Below, piece after piece: positions 36,968 to 45,461 of a stretch of DNA of 52,536 bases. Made by a program: the position numbers and the translations under genes. The notes under the pieces are model-generated. The model was not told the DNA's origin and made no database searches. It saw nothing but the letters and a program-made list of their open reading frames with translations. Each line of letters starts with the position of its first letter. The first letter of the stretch is position 1. Source of the DNA: an uncultured Synergistaceae bacterium. Its GTDB lineage: Bacteria > Synergistota > Synergistia > Synergistales > Aminobacteriaceae. The stretch lies in contig CAZXOD010000001.1 of NCBI GenBank assembly GCA_964642285.1, positions 1 through 52,536 of the forward strand, written 5' to 3'.

Positions 36968-38119
36968 ATGACCGATATCAGAAAGCTCATAGGGGAAGCT
37001 CTGGGCGAGATTGTCTCCGACGCCCGGTCGGGCGGCCCCCGAATCTCAGTGGGGCTTATGGCCGCGGGGAGCGAACTCGGACCTGAAGAGCTGGCCCTGG
37101 GCGCCCGGATCGCCATGGAGCATATGCCCGGCCTCGAAGCCGTCATGATAGGTCCCAGAATAAAAGGTTTTGAGGACCTGTCATGGATAGAGACTCCCGA
37201 CTGCGAGGAGGATGTGGCAAAAGCCATGGAGAAGGCCCTGGACGAAGGGCGGATTGCGGGAGCAGTAGCCCTTCACTACCCCTTCCCCCTGGGAGTGGCC
37301 ACCATAGGCAGGGTGCTTACCCCCGGCAGGGGCAAACCCATGATAATAGCCTCCTCCACGGGGACGACCGCCGTGGGAAGAGTGGAGGCCATGGTAAGAA
37401 ACGCGCTCTACGGCGCTGCCGTAGCCAAGTCCATAGGTATCGATAATCCTACGATAGGCATTCTCAACGTGGATGGCGCCCAGACGGCCTTCAAGGCCCT
37501 GAATACCCTTAAAGAAAAAGGCTATCCCGTAACCTTCGGAGCCAGCGTCCGGCAGGACGGGGGGTCCATTCTGCGGGGCAACGATATCCTGGCGGGAGCT
37601 GTGGACGTATGCGTCGCCGACACTCTAACCGGCAACGTGCTCATGAAGATGTTCTCTTCCTTCACCACGGGAGGCTCCTATGAATCCCTGGGCTGGGGCT
37701 ACGGCCCCTCCGTGGGAGAGGGGTGGAAGAGGATAGTTTCCATCATCTCCAGGGCCTCCGGCGCACCGGTGATAGCTGGCGCTCTGGAGTACACGGCCAG
37801 GGCCGCGGCGGGAGGGCTGCCGCAAAAAGTGACGGCGGAGATTGCCGCGGCTAAAAAGGCGGGCCTCGACTCCATACTGGAGGGGCTGGCTCCCAAACCT
37901 GCCGCCGCCGGCGAAGTGATTACGGCGCCTCCTGCGGAGCCTACCGACGAAGAGATAGGGGGAGTGGACGTCCTCTCCATCGAGGACGGGGTGAAGGCCC
38001 TCTGGAAAGAGGGGATCTACGCAGAATCCTCCATGGGGTGCACGGGGCCGGTAATCAAGGTGCCAGGAAAACACATAGAACGAGCCGAAGGGATACTTAA
38101 ATCGGCAGGATATATTTGA
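36968..38119 (+). CDS. grdD: Glycine reductase complex component C, alpha subunit (PlsX-like)
   Basis: HYPFPLGVATIG, GWGYGP, ISRASGAPV, catalytic SSMGCTGPV. Confidence 0.92.
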   Translation: MTDIRKLIGEALGEIVSDARSGGPRISVGLMAAGSELGPEELALGARIAMEHMPGLEAVMIGPRIKGFEDLSWIETPDCEEDVAKAMEKALDEGRIAGAVALHYPFPLGVATIGRVLTPGRGKPMIIASSTGTTAVGRVEAMVRNALYGAAVAKSIGIDNPTIGILNVDGAQTAFKALNTLKEKGYPVTFGASVRQDGGSILRGNDILAGAVDVCVADTLTGNVLMKMFSSFTTGGSYESLGWGYGPSVGEGWKRIVSIISRASGAPVIAGALEYTARAAAGGLPQKVTAEIAAAKKAGLDSILEGLAPKPAAAGEVITAPPAEPTDEEIGGVDVLSIEDGVKALWKEGIYAESSMGCTGPVIKVPGKHIERAEGILKSAGYI

Positions 38120-38124
38120 CATTA

Positions 38125-38160
38125 GCAGAGGGAGGGCTGAAAAAGCCCTCCCTCTGCCTT
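38125..38160 (+). terminator. Hairpin at the end of the grd operon
   Basis: 14-bp perfect stem GCAGAGGGAGGGCT-GAAAA-AGCCCTCCCTCTGC with only a weak U tail. Confidence 0.65.
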
Positions 38161-38178
38161 AATAAAGAGAAAGGTTTG

Positions 38179-38187
38179 TGCTATAAT
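38179..38187 (+). promoter_or_regulatory. Extended -10 promoter element for the AGCS transporter
   Basis: TGCTATAAT. Confidence 0.55.
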
Positions 38188-38354
38188 TTTTTTGAAATGA
38201 AATAGCAATTTTAAAATACAGGGGGGTGAGACATGGATCTTGAGCGGCCCCGTTCCTGATTCCGCCGTGTTTCCTGTTTTTGAGCAATCCATCCGGAATG
38301 GTCCGGAAGGATGGTGCAGTCCGCCGAACAATATGAGAGGGGGAATCGCTAGCT

Positions 38355-39749
38355 ATGCAGGAAATTATGAGGATCAATGCCATAGTCAACGACTTGGTGT
38401 GGGGACCCTGGATGCTTACCCTGATTGTAGGGACGGGAATCTATCTCACGGTAATCCTCGGTCTGCCCCAGCTTCGGTATTTTTTCCTGATGTTCAAGGA
38501 AGTCTTCGGCAACATCGGCTCCAAGAAGGAAGGAGAGGGCACTATCTCATCCTTCGCCGCTCTTTCTACGGCCCTGGCTTCCACCGTGGGCACGGGCAAC
38601 ATCGCCGGAGTGGCCACGGCTCTCCACCTGGGAGGCCCCGGCGCTCTCTTCTGGATGATGGTTTCGGCCATTTTTGGGATGACCACAAAGATGTCGGAAG
38701 TGGTCCTGGCGGTGAGGTATCGCGACAAGGATGAACTGGGCAACTGGCGGGGAGGCACCATGTACATCCTCGAGAAGGGCGCCAATCAGAAGTGGCTCGC
38801 CTGGCTCTTCGCTTTCTTCGGTTTCCTTGCGTCCTTCGGAATCGGCTGCGCTGTGCAGGCAAACTCCACTGCCGAAGGTTTTGAACTCGGCTTCGGCATT
38901 CCCAGCGTATACACCGGCATAGCCGTCGCCGTTCTGACCGCCCTTGTCATAATAGGCGGCCTGAAGCGCATCTCCGACGTCACCACCTATCTTGTTCCCT
39001 TTATGGCAATCTTCTACATCGTGGGTGGAGTCATAGTGCTCACCACGAATTCGGATCAAATTATGCCCTCTCTGGCCAACGCCGTTAAATACGCCGTCAG
39101 CGATCCCATGGCCATGCCGGGGGCCCTGGCGGGATGGGGAATAAAGGTGGCCCTCACCAAAGGCATTGCCCGGGGCGTCTTCTCCAACGAAGCGGGCCTC
39201 GGCTCCGCTCCCATGGTCCACGCCACCGCCGTGGTGGATCACCCCGTAAGGCAGAGCATGTACGGTCTTTTTGAAGTGTTCGTGGATACAGTGGTGATCT
39301 GCTCCTTCACCGCTCTCGCCATTCTCACCAGCGGAGTCATCACCTCCCAGCCCGACCTTTCCGGCGCCCAGCTGACTCTGTCGGCCTTCGAGGCAACTCT
39401 GGGAGGCACCGGCACCATGATCCTCTCCGTGGGGCTGGCCCTCTTCGCCTTCTCCACGATTCTGGGCTGGTACTGGTACGGCGAGACCTGCGCTACATAT
39501 ATCTTCGGAGTCAAGGTAATCCCCGTGATGAAATTCCTGTGGATTGCCGTTATTCTTGTGGGAGCCTCGGGAGGCGTGCTTCTGGGAGACGCCATGGGCT
39601 TCCTGGAGCACTTGTGGGACCTGTCGGATACTCTGAACGGCCTCATGGCGGCTCCAAACCTCGTGGCTCTGCTGCTGCTTTCCGGCGAAGTAAGGAGACT
39701 GGTAAAAGACTTCGACGAGAAGAGGCGGTCGGGCGAACTCAAGATCTAG
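38355..39749 (+). CDS. Alanine/glycine:cation symporter (AGCS family)
   Basis: ALASTVGTGNIAGVA..GGPGALFWM; RGVFSNEAGLGSAP. Confidence 0.94.
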   Translation: MQEIMRINAIVNDLVWGPWMLTLIVGTGIYLTVILGLPQLRYFFLMFKEVFGNIGSKKEGEGTISSFAALSTALASTVGTGNIAGVATALHLGGPGALFWMMVSAIFGMTTKMSEVVLAVRYRDKDELGNWRGGTMYILEKGANQKWLAWLFAFFGFLASFGIGCAVQANSTAEGFELGFGIPSVYTGIAVAVLTALVIIGGLKRISDVTTYLVPFMAIFYIVGGVIVLTTNSDQIMPSLANAVKYAVSDPMAMPGALAGWGIKVALTKGIARGVFSNEAGLGSAPMVHATAVVDHPVRQSMYGLFEVFVDTVVICSFTALAILTSGVITSQPDLSGAQLTLSAFEATLGGTGTMILSVGLALFAFSTILGWYWYGETCATYIFGVKVIPVMKFLWIAVILVGASGGVLLGDAMGFLEHLWDLSDTLNGLMAAPNLVALLLLSGEVRRLVKDFDEKRRSGELKI

Positions 39750-39774
39750 AAACAGTCATCGCCGGTTTTTTATT

Positions 39775-39803
39775 AAAGGGGACGGATTTTCCGTCCCCTT
39801 TTT
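39775..39803 (+). terminator. Intrinsic terminator
   Basis: AAAGGGGACGGA-TTT-TCCGTCCCCTTTTT. Confidence 0.85.
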
Positions 39804-39900
39804 CAATTAAAGGCGGTGTACCCGGGGTTTGCCTCTCCTGACTTTTGCGGCCTTCTTGGGTATAATCGAACCTGTCACATTTCAAGGAGGCGATAAGGAA

Positions 39901-41850
39901 ATGACCCCGAATCTTCCCCAGCTCCGGAACTTTCCGCTCTCAGCCCTGGACGACGACGCCATAAGGCGCCTCTCTGCCGCGGCCGCCAGGGCAAGAATCA
40001 ATGCGGTAACCATGGTAACCCTGGCCGACAGCGGCCATCCCGCCGGCTCTCTTTCCAGCATGGAGATTTACCTTTCGGTCTACGGTGTAGCCGATCTCAC
40101 CCCGGAAAACTGCTCGGACTTCGACCGGGACTATGTATCCATAAGCCACGGCCACACCTCGCCCGCCGCCTACGCGGCCCTGGCGGAATGGGGATTCTTC
40201 CCGGCTCTTGAGGCAATTGCTCATTTTCGCCAGGCCGGCTCCCCCTACCAGGGACACGTGGAACGGGAAGTTCGCGGCATCGACTGGGGAAGCGGAAATC
40301 TTGGCCAGGGACTGTCTGCCGGGGTGGGCTTTGCTCTTGCCCAGAAGGCCCGGAAAAACGGCAAAAGAACCTACGTCCTCATGGGAGACGGCGGCCAGAC
40401 CAAGGGCCAGACCGCCGAGGCCAGGCGGATGGCGGTAAAGGAGAATCTTGGTAATATCACCGCCCTGGTGGACTGGAACAATATCCAGATATCGGGCGAA
40501 CTGAGCTCGGTAATGCCCGCCCATATCCCCGCCCTCTGGAGGGCCGACGGATGGGAAGTGCTGGATTGCGACGGCCACTCCTTCAGTGAGCTCTACTCCG
40601 CGCTGAGACAGAGCGCCCTGTCGGACTGCCCTACGGTGATCCTGTGCCGCACCGTCATGGGCAAGGGCGTGAGCTACATGGAAAACACGCCTGAATTCCA
40701 CGGCAAGGCGCCCCGGGCGGAGCTCTACGTCCAGGCGATGAAGGAGCTGGGAGGAGACCCCGCCCTCCTTGATGAAGCCCGCCGGATGAGGGAATCGTCC
40801 CCCATCCCGAAGGGCAGGGTTATCAGGCCTCCGGATTATGGCCTTGATACGGGCGAACCCTTCACCTATGGGCCGGCGGATAAAAAGACGGACAACCGCT
40901 CCGCCTTCGGCGCCGCCCTGGCGGATATGGGCGATAGAAACTGCCGCAGGGAGGGGGCCGCCCCCCTTCTCGTCTTCGACTGCGACCTGTCCGGCTCCGT
41001 CAAGACGGCGGACTTTGCCTCCCGCTGCCCCGACAGATTTATCCAGGCGGGCATCCAGGAGCATTCCACGGCTACCGCCGCTGGCGCCGCCTCCACTGCC
41101 GGCGTCTCCGCCGTGTGGGCGGCCTTCGGCGTCTTCGGCCTGTCGGAGGTCTATAACCAGCAACGGCTCAACGACATTAACTCGGCGGGGCTGAAGACGT
41201 TTCTGACCCACGTGGGGCTGGACGTGGGGGAGGACGGCAAAACCCACCAGGCCATCGACTACGTGGGGCTTTTAAGAAATACATTTGGAACGAAGCTGGT
41301 TGTCCCCGCCGACCCAAACCAGACCGACAGAGCTACCCGGTGGGCCATGGGGGAACCTGGATGCGTCACGGTGGCCATGGGCCGCAGCAGGCTCGACGTT
41401 CTTGCCGATGAAGGGGGAGAGCCTCTGTTCGCCGGAGACTACTCTTTCAAGTACGGCAGGGCGGCTCTGGTACGCCCCGGCAGGGACGGCTCCATCTTCG
41501 CACTGGGCGCCATGACGGGCAGAGCCCTTGAGGCCAGGGAGATTCTTCTTGAAGAGCGTGGCCTGGAGGTTGCCGTCTGGTGCGTCTCCTGTCCCCTGGT
41601 CCCTGACGATGAAGCCCTCAGGGCCGCCGTTGCCGCGGGGCCCATCCTCACCTGCGAGGATCACTCGGTAAACAGCGGCATGGGGTCCATCCTGGCCGCC
41701 CGGATGACGGAGCTCGGGCTTTGCGCCCCCTTCAGGGCCGCCGGGGTTCATTCCTACGGCCTGTCGGGCTCCTCTGGGGACGTGGTTGCGGCCATGGGCC
41801 TGGACGGCCCGTCTCTTGCAGGGGCATTTCTGAAGCTGGTGGGCAAATAA
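39901..41850 (+). CDS. tkt: Transketolase (TPP-dependent)
   Basis: SGHPAGSLS, SHGH, GNLGQG, TPP motif GDG..DWNN, GIQEH, GEDGKTHQ; TATAAT at 39861 and GGAGG RBS. Confidence 0.9.
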   Translation: MTPNLPQLRNFPLSALDDDAIRRLSAAAARARINAVTMVTLADSGHPAGSLSSMEIYLSVYGVADLTPENCSDFDRDYVSISHGHTSPAAYAALAEWGFFPALEAIAHFRQAGSPYQGHVEREVRGIDWGSGNLGQGLSAGVGFALAQKARKNGKRTYVLMGDGGQTKGQTAEARRMAVKENLGNITALVDWNNIQISGELSSVMPAHIPALWRADGWEVLDCDGHSFSELYSALRQSALSDCPTVILCRTVMGKGVSYMENTPEFHGKAPRAELYVQAMKELGGDPALLDEARRMRESSPIPKGRVIRPPDYGLDTGEPFTYGPADKKTDNRSAFGAALADMGDRNCRREGAAPLLVFDCDLSGSVKTADFASRCPDRFIQAGIQEHSTATAAGAASTAGVSAVWAAFGVFGLSEVYNQQRLNDINSAGLKTFLTHVGLDVGEDGKTHQAIDYVGLLRNTFGTKLVVPADPNQTDRATRWAMGEPGCVTVAMGRSRLDVLADEGGEPLFAGDYSFKYGRAALVRPGRDGSIFALGAMTGRALEAREILLEERGLEVAVWCVSCPLVPDDEALRAAVAAGPILTCEDHSVNSGMGSILAARMTELGLCAPFRAAGVHSYGLSGSSGDVVAAMGLDGPSLAGAFLKLVGK

Positions 41851-41855
41851 GTTTC

Positions 41856-42395
41856 GTGAGTAGCCGGCTGCTTCTTCACGCCTGCTGCGCCCCAGACGCT
41901 ACAGTCCCTCTGGAAGAGCTGACGGCAGAGGGTTATGACGTACTGTTGTACTGGTACGGCGCCAATATTCATCCGGCGGAAGAAGAGGAAAAAAGACGGG
42001 AGGCTCTGGCCTTTCTGGCCGCTGATCGTCCTCTTTTTATTGAGGACTCCTTTGATCCTCCCTGGATGGAGGTCGCCCTGCCCCTGGCAGAGGAGCCCGA
42101 GGGCGGAAAGAGGTGCGGACTCTGCTTCAGACTCCAGCTTGAGGGAGCGGCCAGAGTTGCCGTCAGGGAGGGGATCGGCTTGCTGTGCACTACCCTCACC
42201 ATAAGTCCCCATAAAGATGTCGGGCTTATAAACGACATCGGCACGGAGACGGCAAAAAAATACGGCCTTGACTGGCTCTGCCGGATTTTCAGAAAAAAGG
42301 GCGGCTTTCAGAGATCGGTCGCTCTTTCAAAAGAGCTTGAACTTTACAGACAGTCCTATTGCGGATGTGTCTTCAGCATGGGAGAGGTGAAATGA
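41856..42395 (+). CDS. queH: Epoxyqueuosine reductase QueH (DUF208)
   Basis: LLLHACCAPD, NIHP..E, EPEGGKRC..C..L.L, TTLTISPHK, LYRQSYCGCVFS. Confidence 0.9.
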   Translation: MSSRLLLHACCAPDATVPLEELTAEGYDVLLYWYGANIHPAEEEEKRREALAFLAADRPLFIEDSFDPPWMEVALPLAEEPEGGKRCGLCFRLQLEGAARVAVREGIGLLCTTLTISPHKDVGLINDIGTETAKKYGLDWLCRIFRKKGGFQRSVALSKELELYRQSYCGCVFSMGEVK

Positions 42396-43373
42396 ATGAA
42401 TCATTCTCCGGTGGGGAAAATTCCCCCGAGCCGGCTTGAAAGCAGCATCTTTCGTTTTTGCGGCGCCAAGAGGCCCGAGGTCCTGATCGGACCCGGCATA
42501 GGGGAGGACGCGGCCCTGATCCAATGGCCCGAGGGCAAGTATGTGGCGGTGGCCTCCGACCCCATCGTGGGCGCGACCACGGGCGCGGGGAAATTTCTCG
42601 TACATATAAACGCCAACGATATCGCCTGCAAGGGAGGAGACCCGTCTTTTTTTGTCGTCACCCTTCTGGTTCCCTCCAAAGAGGGCATACCCATGGTGGA
42701 AAGCCTCATGAAGGAGATTCACGAGGCGTGCCTGTCCATAGGCGCGGCGGTGGTAGGGGGCCATACGGAGCTCACCGACCGGTACGATCAGCCTGTGCTT
42801 GTGGGGACTATGATGGGCCCCACCGAATACGTTCACAAAGCTACGGATATCCGCCCCGGAGACAGGCTCATCCTCACCAAGCACGCAGGGATTGAGGGCA
42901 TGGCTATCCTGGCGCAGGATCGTCCCGACCTTCTTGAGCCCGCCATCGGCGGCGAAGGAGTCCGGGAGGCCGCCGGATGGCTGGACTCCATCTCCGTCCT
43001 TCCCGAGGCCCGCATACTGCGCGGCAGGGCTCGGTTCCTTCACGATCCCACCGAGGGCGGCATAGGAGGCGGAATCTCCGAGATCATGAGGCTGAGCGGC
43101 CTGGGAGTGGAGCTGGACTACGGCAAAATCAACATGTCACCGCTGACGATAAAGGCCAGGGACCACCTGGGATTCGACCCCCTCCATCTTATCTCCTCCG
43201 GCGTACTGCTGGCTGTCGTGTCTCCGGAGCAGGAGGAAGAAGTCCTCGCCGGCCTTGCGGAGGCAGGGATTGCCGCTTCTTCTCCCGGCGCTTTTGTCGA
43301 AGGAGAGGGGAACTGCCCCGAAAGCGTAGCGGAGGAGCTATGGAGCCTCCTCGCCCGGGGAGGAAAGAGCTAG
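42396..43373 (+). CDS. AIR synthase (PurM/HypE) superfamily protein, function unknown
   Basis: GPGIGEDAA, SDPI, NANDIA, VGGHTE, HDPTEGG, DPLHLISSG; lacks the HypE C-terminal PRIC. Confidence 0.82.
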   Translation: MNHSPVGKIPPSRLESSIFRFCGAKRPEVLIGPGIGEDAALIQWPEGKYVAVASDPIVGATTGAGKFLVHINANDIACKGGDPSFFVVTLLVPSKEGIPMVESLMKEIHEACLSIGAAVVGGHTELTDRYDQPVLVGTMMGPTEYVHKATDIRPGDRLILTKHAGIEGMAILAQDRPDLLEPAIGGEGVREAAGWLDSISVLPEARILRGRARFLHDPTEGGIGGGISEIMRLSGLGVELDYGKINMSPLTIKARDHLGFDPLHLISSGVLLAVVSPEQEEEVLAGLAEAGIAASSPGAFVEGEGNCPESVAEELWSLLARGGKS

Positions 43374-43376
43374 TTC

Positions 43377-44477
43377 ATGCCGGGGGAAAGGCTTTTCACC
43401 AGGGTGGAGAGGTTGCGGGAGCTCATGGCCGCAAAAGGGATAGACGTCTTTATCCTTGCGGCCATGGAGTCGTACAATGATGAGTCCATGGCCTACATCA
43501 GCGGATTCCGGGGCAGCGCAGGCACGGCGGTCATATCGGCGGACCGGCAGATTCTGATAGTCGACGGCAGATATCTGGTTCAGGCGGCGGAGCAGTCCGC
43601 GTTTGAAATTCTGCCCGCGGGAGGGGCCCCCCTTATTCAAAAACTTGCCGCAGTTTTGAAGCAGGGTGGGTGGAAGAGGGGCGGCTTCGAGGGGGAGAAA
43701 CTATCCGTCTCGGTCTTCGGCGCCCTGGAGGCCTCGCTCCCTGCCTGGAAAAACTGCTCGGACCTGCTTCCGACTCTGAGACGGAAAAAGGACGACCAGG
43801 AGGTCGCCTCCATAAGAAAGGCCGCACAAATTGCCTACAAATCCTACCTGGAAGTGCTGGAGGAAGTCCGGGATGGCATGACGGAAAAGGAGTTCAACGC
43901 CCTTCTTGAGTACCGCCTGAGACTTAATGGCGCCGACGGGGGATGGAGGGGCGGCAGTTTCATCGTGGCGTCGGGAGAGCGGAGCGCGCTGCCTCACGGA
44001 GCTCCCACCGACAGGCGGTTCAGAAAGGGAGATATAGTAACCGTGGACTTTGGCGCAACGGCGGACGGCTACGTATCTGACATAACCAGAAACTTCTCCA
44101 TGGGGCCTCTCTCCCCCCAGGGCAGGGACATCCAGTCCGCCCTCATCGAGGCTCACAGGAGGGCCGCCGATGCCCTCCGCCCCGGCCTTGAAGGCAGGGA
44201 GGCCGACGCCATTGCCAGGGATGTGATAACGGCCAGGGGATGGGGGCCAAACTTTACCCACGGCCTGGGGCACGGCCTGGGGTTGGAGGTTCACGAGGCG
44301 CCAAGGCTTTCCCCTCTGTCGACGGACGTTCTTGAAGAGGGAGACGTGGTCACAGTGGAACCGGGCATCTACGTAGAGGGATGGGGCGGCATGAGGATTG
44401 AGGACGACTACCTGATTGTCAGCGGCGGGGCCGTCTGCCTCTCCGGAGCCATGGGCCTGGAGGCCCCGGCCCTCTGA
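43377..44477 (+). CDS. Xaa-Pro aminopeptidase/dipeptidase (M24 family)
   Basis: DGRY, PHG, VDFG..GYVSDITR, HGLGHGLGLEVHE, TVEPGIY, GGMRIED. Confidence 0.92.
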   Translation: MPGERLFTRVERLRELMAAKGIDVFILAAMESYNDESMAYISGFRGSAGTAVISADRQILIVDGRYLVQAAEQSAFEILPAGGAPLIQKLAAVLKQGGWKRGGFEGEKLSVSVFGALEASLPAWKNCSDLLPTLRRKKDDQEVASIRKAAQIAYKSYLEVLEEVRDGMTEKEFNALLEYRLRLNGADGGWRGGSFIVASGERSALPHGAPTDRRFRKGDIVTVDFGATADGYVSDITRNFSMGPLSPQGRDIQSALIEAHRRAADALRPGLEGREADAIARDVITARGWGPNFTHGLGHGLGLEVHEAPRLSPLSTDVLEEGDVVTVEPGIYVEGWGGMRIEDDYLIVSGGAVCLSGAMGLEAPAL

Positions 44478-44538
44478 GCCTCCGGTTGCGGGCCGGCGCG
44501 CTTAAAATATCCTTTCTTATTCGAATTTCGTACAGAGG

Positions 44539-44568
44539 TTGCCTTTTTTTGCCTCTGCTGTATATAAT
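44539..44568 (+). promoter_or_regulatory. Promoter for the rubredoxin gene
   Basis: TTGCCT - 18 bp - TATAAT. Confidence 0.55.
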
Positions 44569-44610
44569 GACCGGGAGCAACGAGGAAGACTGTAAGAAAG
44601 GGGATATTTC

Positions 44611-44772
44611 ATGAAAAAGTACGTTTGCACCGTATGCGGCTATGTCTACGATCCCGCAGAAGGCGATCCCGATAACGGAGTAGCCCCCGGAACATCCTTC
44701 GACGATGTTCCCGAGGACTGGGTCTGCCCCGTCTGCGCCGTGGGCAAGGATATGTTCGAGCCCGAGGAATAA
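44611..44772 (+). CDS. Rubredoxin (53 aa; absent from the supplied ORF track)
   Basis: Manual translation [53 protein letters not shown], with two CxxC motifs and an AAAGGGGA RBS. Confidence 0.96.
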   Translation: MKKYVCTVCGYVYDPAEGDPDNGVAPGTSFDDVPEDWVCPVCAVGKDMFEPEE

Positions 44773-44783
44773 TACTGAGCAAC

Positions 44784-44813
44784 AAAAAGGGGAGGCTCCG
44801 GCCTCCCTTTTTT
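44784..44813. terminator. Bidirectional intrinsic terminator
   Basis: AAAAAG-GGGAGGC-TCCG-GCCTCCC-TTTTTT between convergent genes. Confidence 0.85.
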
Positions 44814-44822
44814 ACTGCCCTA

Positions 44823-45329
44823 TTATTTGGCATCCCCTGCCGTATTGCCCGTCCCGGAAGCTCCTGAGCGCATCAGGTCTTCCGCAAAAGCGACCAGCTC
44901 CTCCCGGGTGAGGGAGGCCGATTCCAGGGTCAGCGTCCCGTCCTCCGTCAGGGCTACCGCCAGGGCGAGACCCAGGGAGGGAATACCCTCAAGCAGAGCG
45001 GGCCTTCCCCCCACCGACAGCCCCTCGTAGGACGACCCGAAGCCCAGGGGCCTGTCGTCAGACATGCTTCCCTCCGGCGGCGTCCTTAGCCCTCCCGCCC
45101 CCGGCCCCTCCATGAGGGTGGCCTTCACCGTCCGGCCCCGGGCGTCCCGGTATACCCTGGCAAGCCACTGTCCGTAATCTCCCGCAGGCGCCTCCAGCGG
45201 CGTCATTTTCAGCTCGCCAGTCTCAAAACCTTCAACAGCCGGCAGGTTCCAGGCGGACGCGGAGGTCTGCGAAAACAGGACCAATATAAGACAGAGCAGG
45301 ATAAACCAGGCGCGGCGAAGATAATTCAC
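44823..45329 (-). CDS. Hypothetical exported protein
   Basis: Signal peptide (RR, hydrophobic core, ASA/W); GTG start behind GGAGG; fills the gap between the rubredoxin terminator and miaB. Confidence 0.7.
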   Translation of the reverse strand: MNYLRRAWFILLCLILVLFSQTSASAWNLPAVEGFETGELKMTPLEAPAGDYGQWLARVYRDARGRTVKATLMEGPGAGGLRTPPEGSMSDDRPLGFGSSYEGLSVGGRPALLEGIPSLGLALAVALTEDGTLTLESASLTREELVAFAEDLMRSGASGTGNTAGDAK

Positions 45330-45461
45330 TAAAACGCCTCCTCCCATATTTCCGTAATTTTACTATATCACCGTCCCCTTATTTTGGACAGGCCGGGGTT
45401 ACGGAGTATAATGTCCTCCAGGCGAAGGATCGCAATAATATTTTCCTGGAGGACCTTTCTT

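Noticed and set aside
42396-43373. Assignment as selD or a second hypE
   Set aside because: It lacks the SelD Cys/Sec-x-x-Lys and the HypE C-terminal Cys
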